Origin: Pocillopora damicornis
Lineage: Eukaryota
NCBI RefSeq assembly: GCF_003704095.1
Contig: NW_020846737.1
Span: forward strand, 248,001 to 312,000
Direction of reading: 5' to 3'
Length of the DNA: 64,000 nucleotides
Below the pieces are notes generated by a model. The model was not told where the DNA came from, did not search any database, and saw nothing but the letters and a program-made list of their open reading frames with translations. Within the stretch, counting starts at the first letter, position 1. The number at the start of each line of letters is the position of its first letter. Made by a program: the position numbers and the translations under genes. Of the stretch, positions 61,889 to 64,000 are shown one piece after another.

Positions 61889-63721
61889 GATCGTTCTTGG
61901 AGAAAAAAAGCTGGAGAAATGTTTGTGTGACGCTTCTCTGTTTCGCCCTAACTTCTTCATCACGAACACGTACTGTATCCGTGGGTATATAATTAACAAA
62001 TGCTGACATTCGCAAGGAGAAAGTGTTTGATTGAAGACAACACTGCAAATAGTTAGTTTCACGCTCCAGATCTGACAAACAGTTACGCGTCATCACGTAC
62101 TTTGTAAAATAAAGTTTCTGAAAAAAAGGACAACTGGCATCATAAAAGCCATTGAATTGAGTAATCGCGAAAGAAAATTCTATACTCGACACTCCACCAA
62201 CTTTTATATTCAACCCACGCAATTACGTGTTTGGAGTCGATTAAGGGAGGTTTCCAGATGGAATATGCGTCCGCTTGGACATCTCTGATCTTTCGTGCCT
62301 AGAATTTGAACCGGATGGGCTCCCAGCTGGTATCAACGGAAAAATCGATCAATTTGAAAATTTAGGGCCACCGGTAAACACATTATAAACAATTTTATTC
62401 ACCCATTTGGTTCAATAACCATCTCCTTCTGTGATAACAAACTGTCCAACCTACAACACTGTAAAATAGAAACAAGTGACAAAGCGTTCTTCATGGCAAA
62501 ATAATCAATTTTAGAAGCAAATGGGAATAGAAAGCATGCAAGATTCTTTAAATCCAGGGATCTTGCGGAAAATTCATTGATTACTACACCGCTAATCGTT
62601 TTCTCGGTAATGCCAATGTAACGTTTATCTCGTATATTCTCGCCTAAATATTAAAGCTGTGGGCTGTGTAATTTTAAAACGTCACAATGATGCAATGAAA
62701 CAATTAGAGCTGAAAAATACTCTTTTAAAAAACATGTTTTTGTCGAGTCATAATTTCAATGCGTAACTTCACCTTCCATAAATCAAATGGAAAACATCTA
62801 GGTGAAATTGAACCTCCTAAAATTAAGGATTATTTAAATTTGTCGTAAACAGGATACATTTTGTTGACTTATAACGACTCATCTTGAATCACGAATATTT
62901 GTTTTGAGAATTTGCTGGATTTTCAGCTGTTGTTCGAGTTCATGATAGTAGACGCACCTATTGCAGTCTTGCAAAACCACATTAGAAACTTTGAATTAGT
63001 CAATAACTCATAATCTACATCCGGTAAAATTCCCTTCTAAACAATCTCTCCGTAGGCAAAAATGGGTGGGTACTGACTTTTTTTTAAGCAGAAACTATAA
63101 TAAATATGGAAAAGGTTGGTGATGTCAGGCTACAACTATTTATTTATTTCAATAGGGTGTGTTGGCGCTTTAAAGAGGTACATGGAGCTACTTTTCATGA
63201 CTCGGGAAATACTGATGTTTTCAAAGAAGATATCTGCCCAAGGAGATAACATTCTAGGTCATTAATAGGGCTGGACCACGACATAGCTACACGTGTCCAT
63301 GCACATACTGACAACCTGATGAAAGGTTTCATTAAAAGGACGGAGGAGGGTAATAATTAAACACAGAAGAAATTAATACACAATCTATCCGGACACCACT
63401 AGATTCCTTATTAGAGTTTTTTTTTTACATAAATGGATTTGGTTATAGAAACTGTTTTGATTGTGACACAAGATGTCAAGGGTTTATCAAGAGCACGGCA
63501 AGGTAAAAATATATCGATGTTCTATAGGATTCGAGACCAAGCTAAGAAATTTTGCATTTGTATGTTCCCCTGCCTGCGCCAAACGCTCGCTTGGAGGTAA
63601 ACTAGCGAAAAAGTGAGTGCGCGAAAGACTTCTTCAGCGCAGATAGAGTAAAAATGGATGGAGCTTAAATGGAGAGCCGGTTTTATTTCATAAAGATGTC
63701 ATGCCATTTTCCTTCTTATTC

Positions 63722-63829
63722 CTAATAGTAATAACCATGGGGAGATGGGATTTTCATTCTCCTCCCATAGGAAAAGCTCGCCGGGCCCCTTCTATTGCGG
63801 CTGTCATAAGCGATATGATTCAGGGATGA
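63722..63829 (-). CDS. Candidate terminal exon of a second neuropeptide precursor (predicted GPASFSY-amide); upstream exon(s) probably beyond the window
   Basis: Acceptor tttatttcaactttcag| at 63830/63829. Only phase 0 stays open: SSLNHIAYDSRNRR-GPASFSY-GRR-MKIPSPHGYYY*. AATAAA on the minus strand at 63687-63682. Confidence 0.45.
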   Translation of the reverse strand, partial: SSLNHIAYDSRNRRGPASFSYGRRMKIPSPHGYYY

Positions 63830-64000
63830 CTGAAAGTTGAAATAAATCAACCAAAATAATTTATCCCAGTCGTGTTTTCTAGGAATAAAACAGTTGTTGT
63901 AAACTTGTCCCACTTTTAATCAAAGGATCTCCATATTTTATACCAAAAATTGTTTCTAAGAGACAAGAGACTAGTTTAAAACCTTTTAGCAGTATTGAAC

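Overview
AT-rich, intron-containing eukaryotic DNA. The gene content and repeat families point to an animal, most plausibly a stony coral or other anthozoan (inferred, not proven). Four well-supported genes: (1) the 3' part of a giant type-I membrane protein (>5,000 aa visible) made of eight tandem VWD-LamG/pentraxin-C8-like(-EGF) modules, mostly encoded by one 14.4-kb exon; (2) HID1 on the minus strand, with 26 visible exons and at least one more lost in an assembly gap; (3) a head-to-head PH-domain adaptor with a tyrosine-motif-rich tail; (4) a Polycomb/CBX chromodomain plus Pc-box gene. Two short minus-strand terminal exons that the ORF track misses or mis-starts each encode a dibasic/X-Pro peptide/Gly-dibasic cassette (APVWKM-amide and GPASFSY-amide), so they are candidate unannotated neuropeptide precursors. 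Introns and intergenic DNA carry many TTAA-flanked MITEs, a tRNA-derived repeat, decayed Penelope/hammerhead-like remnants, minisatellites and four N gaps.
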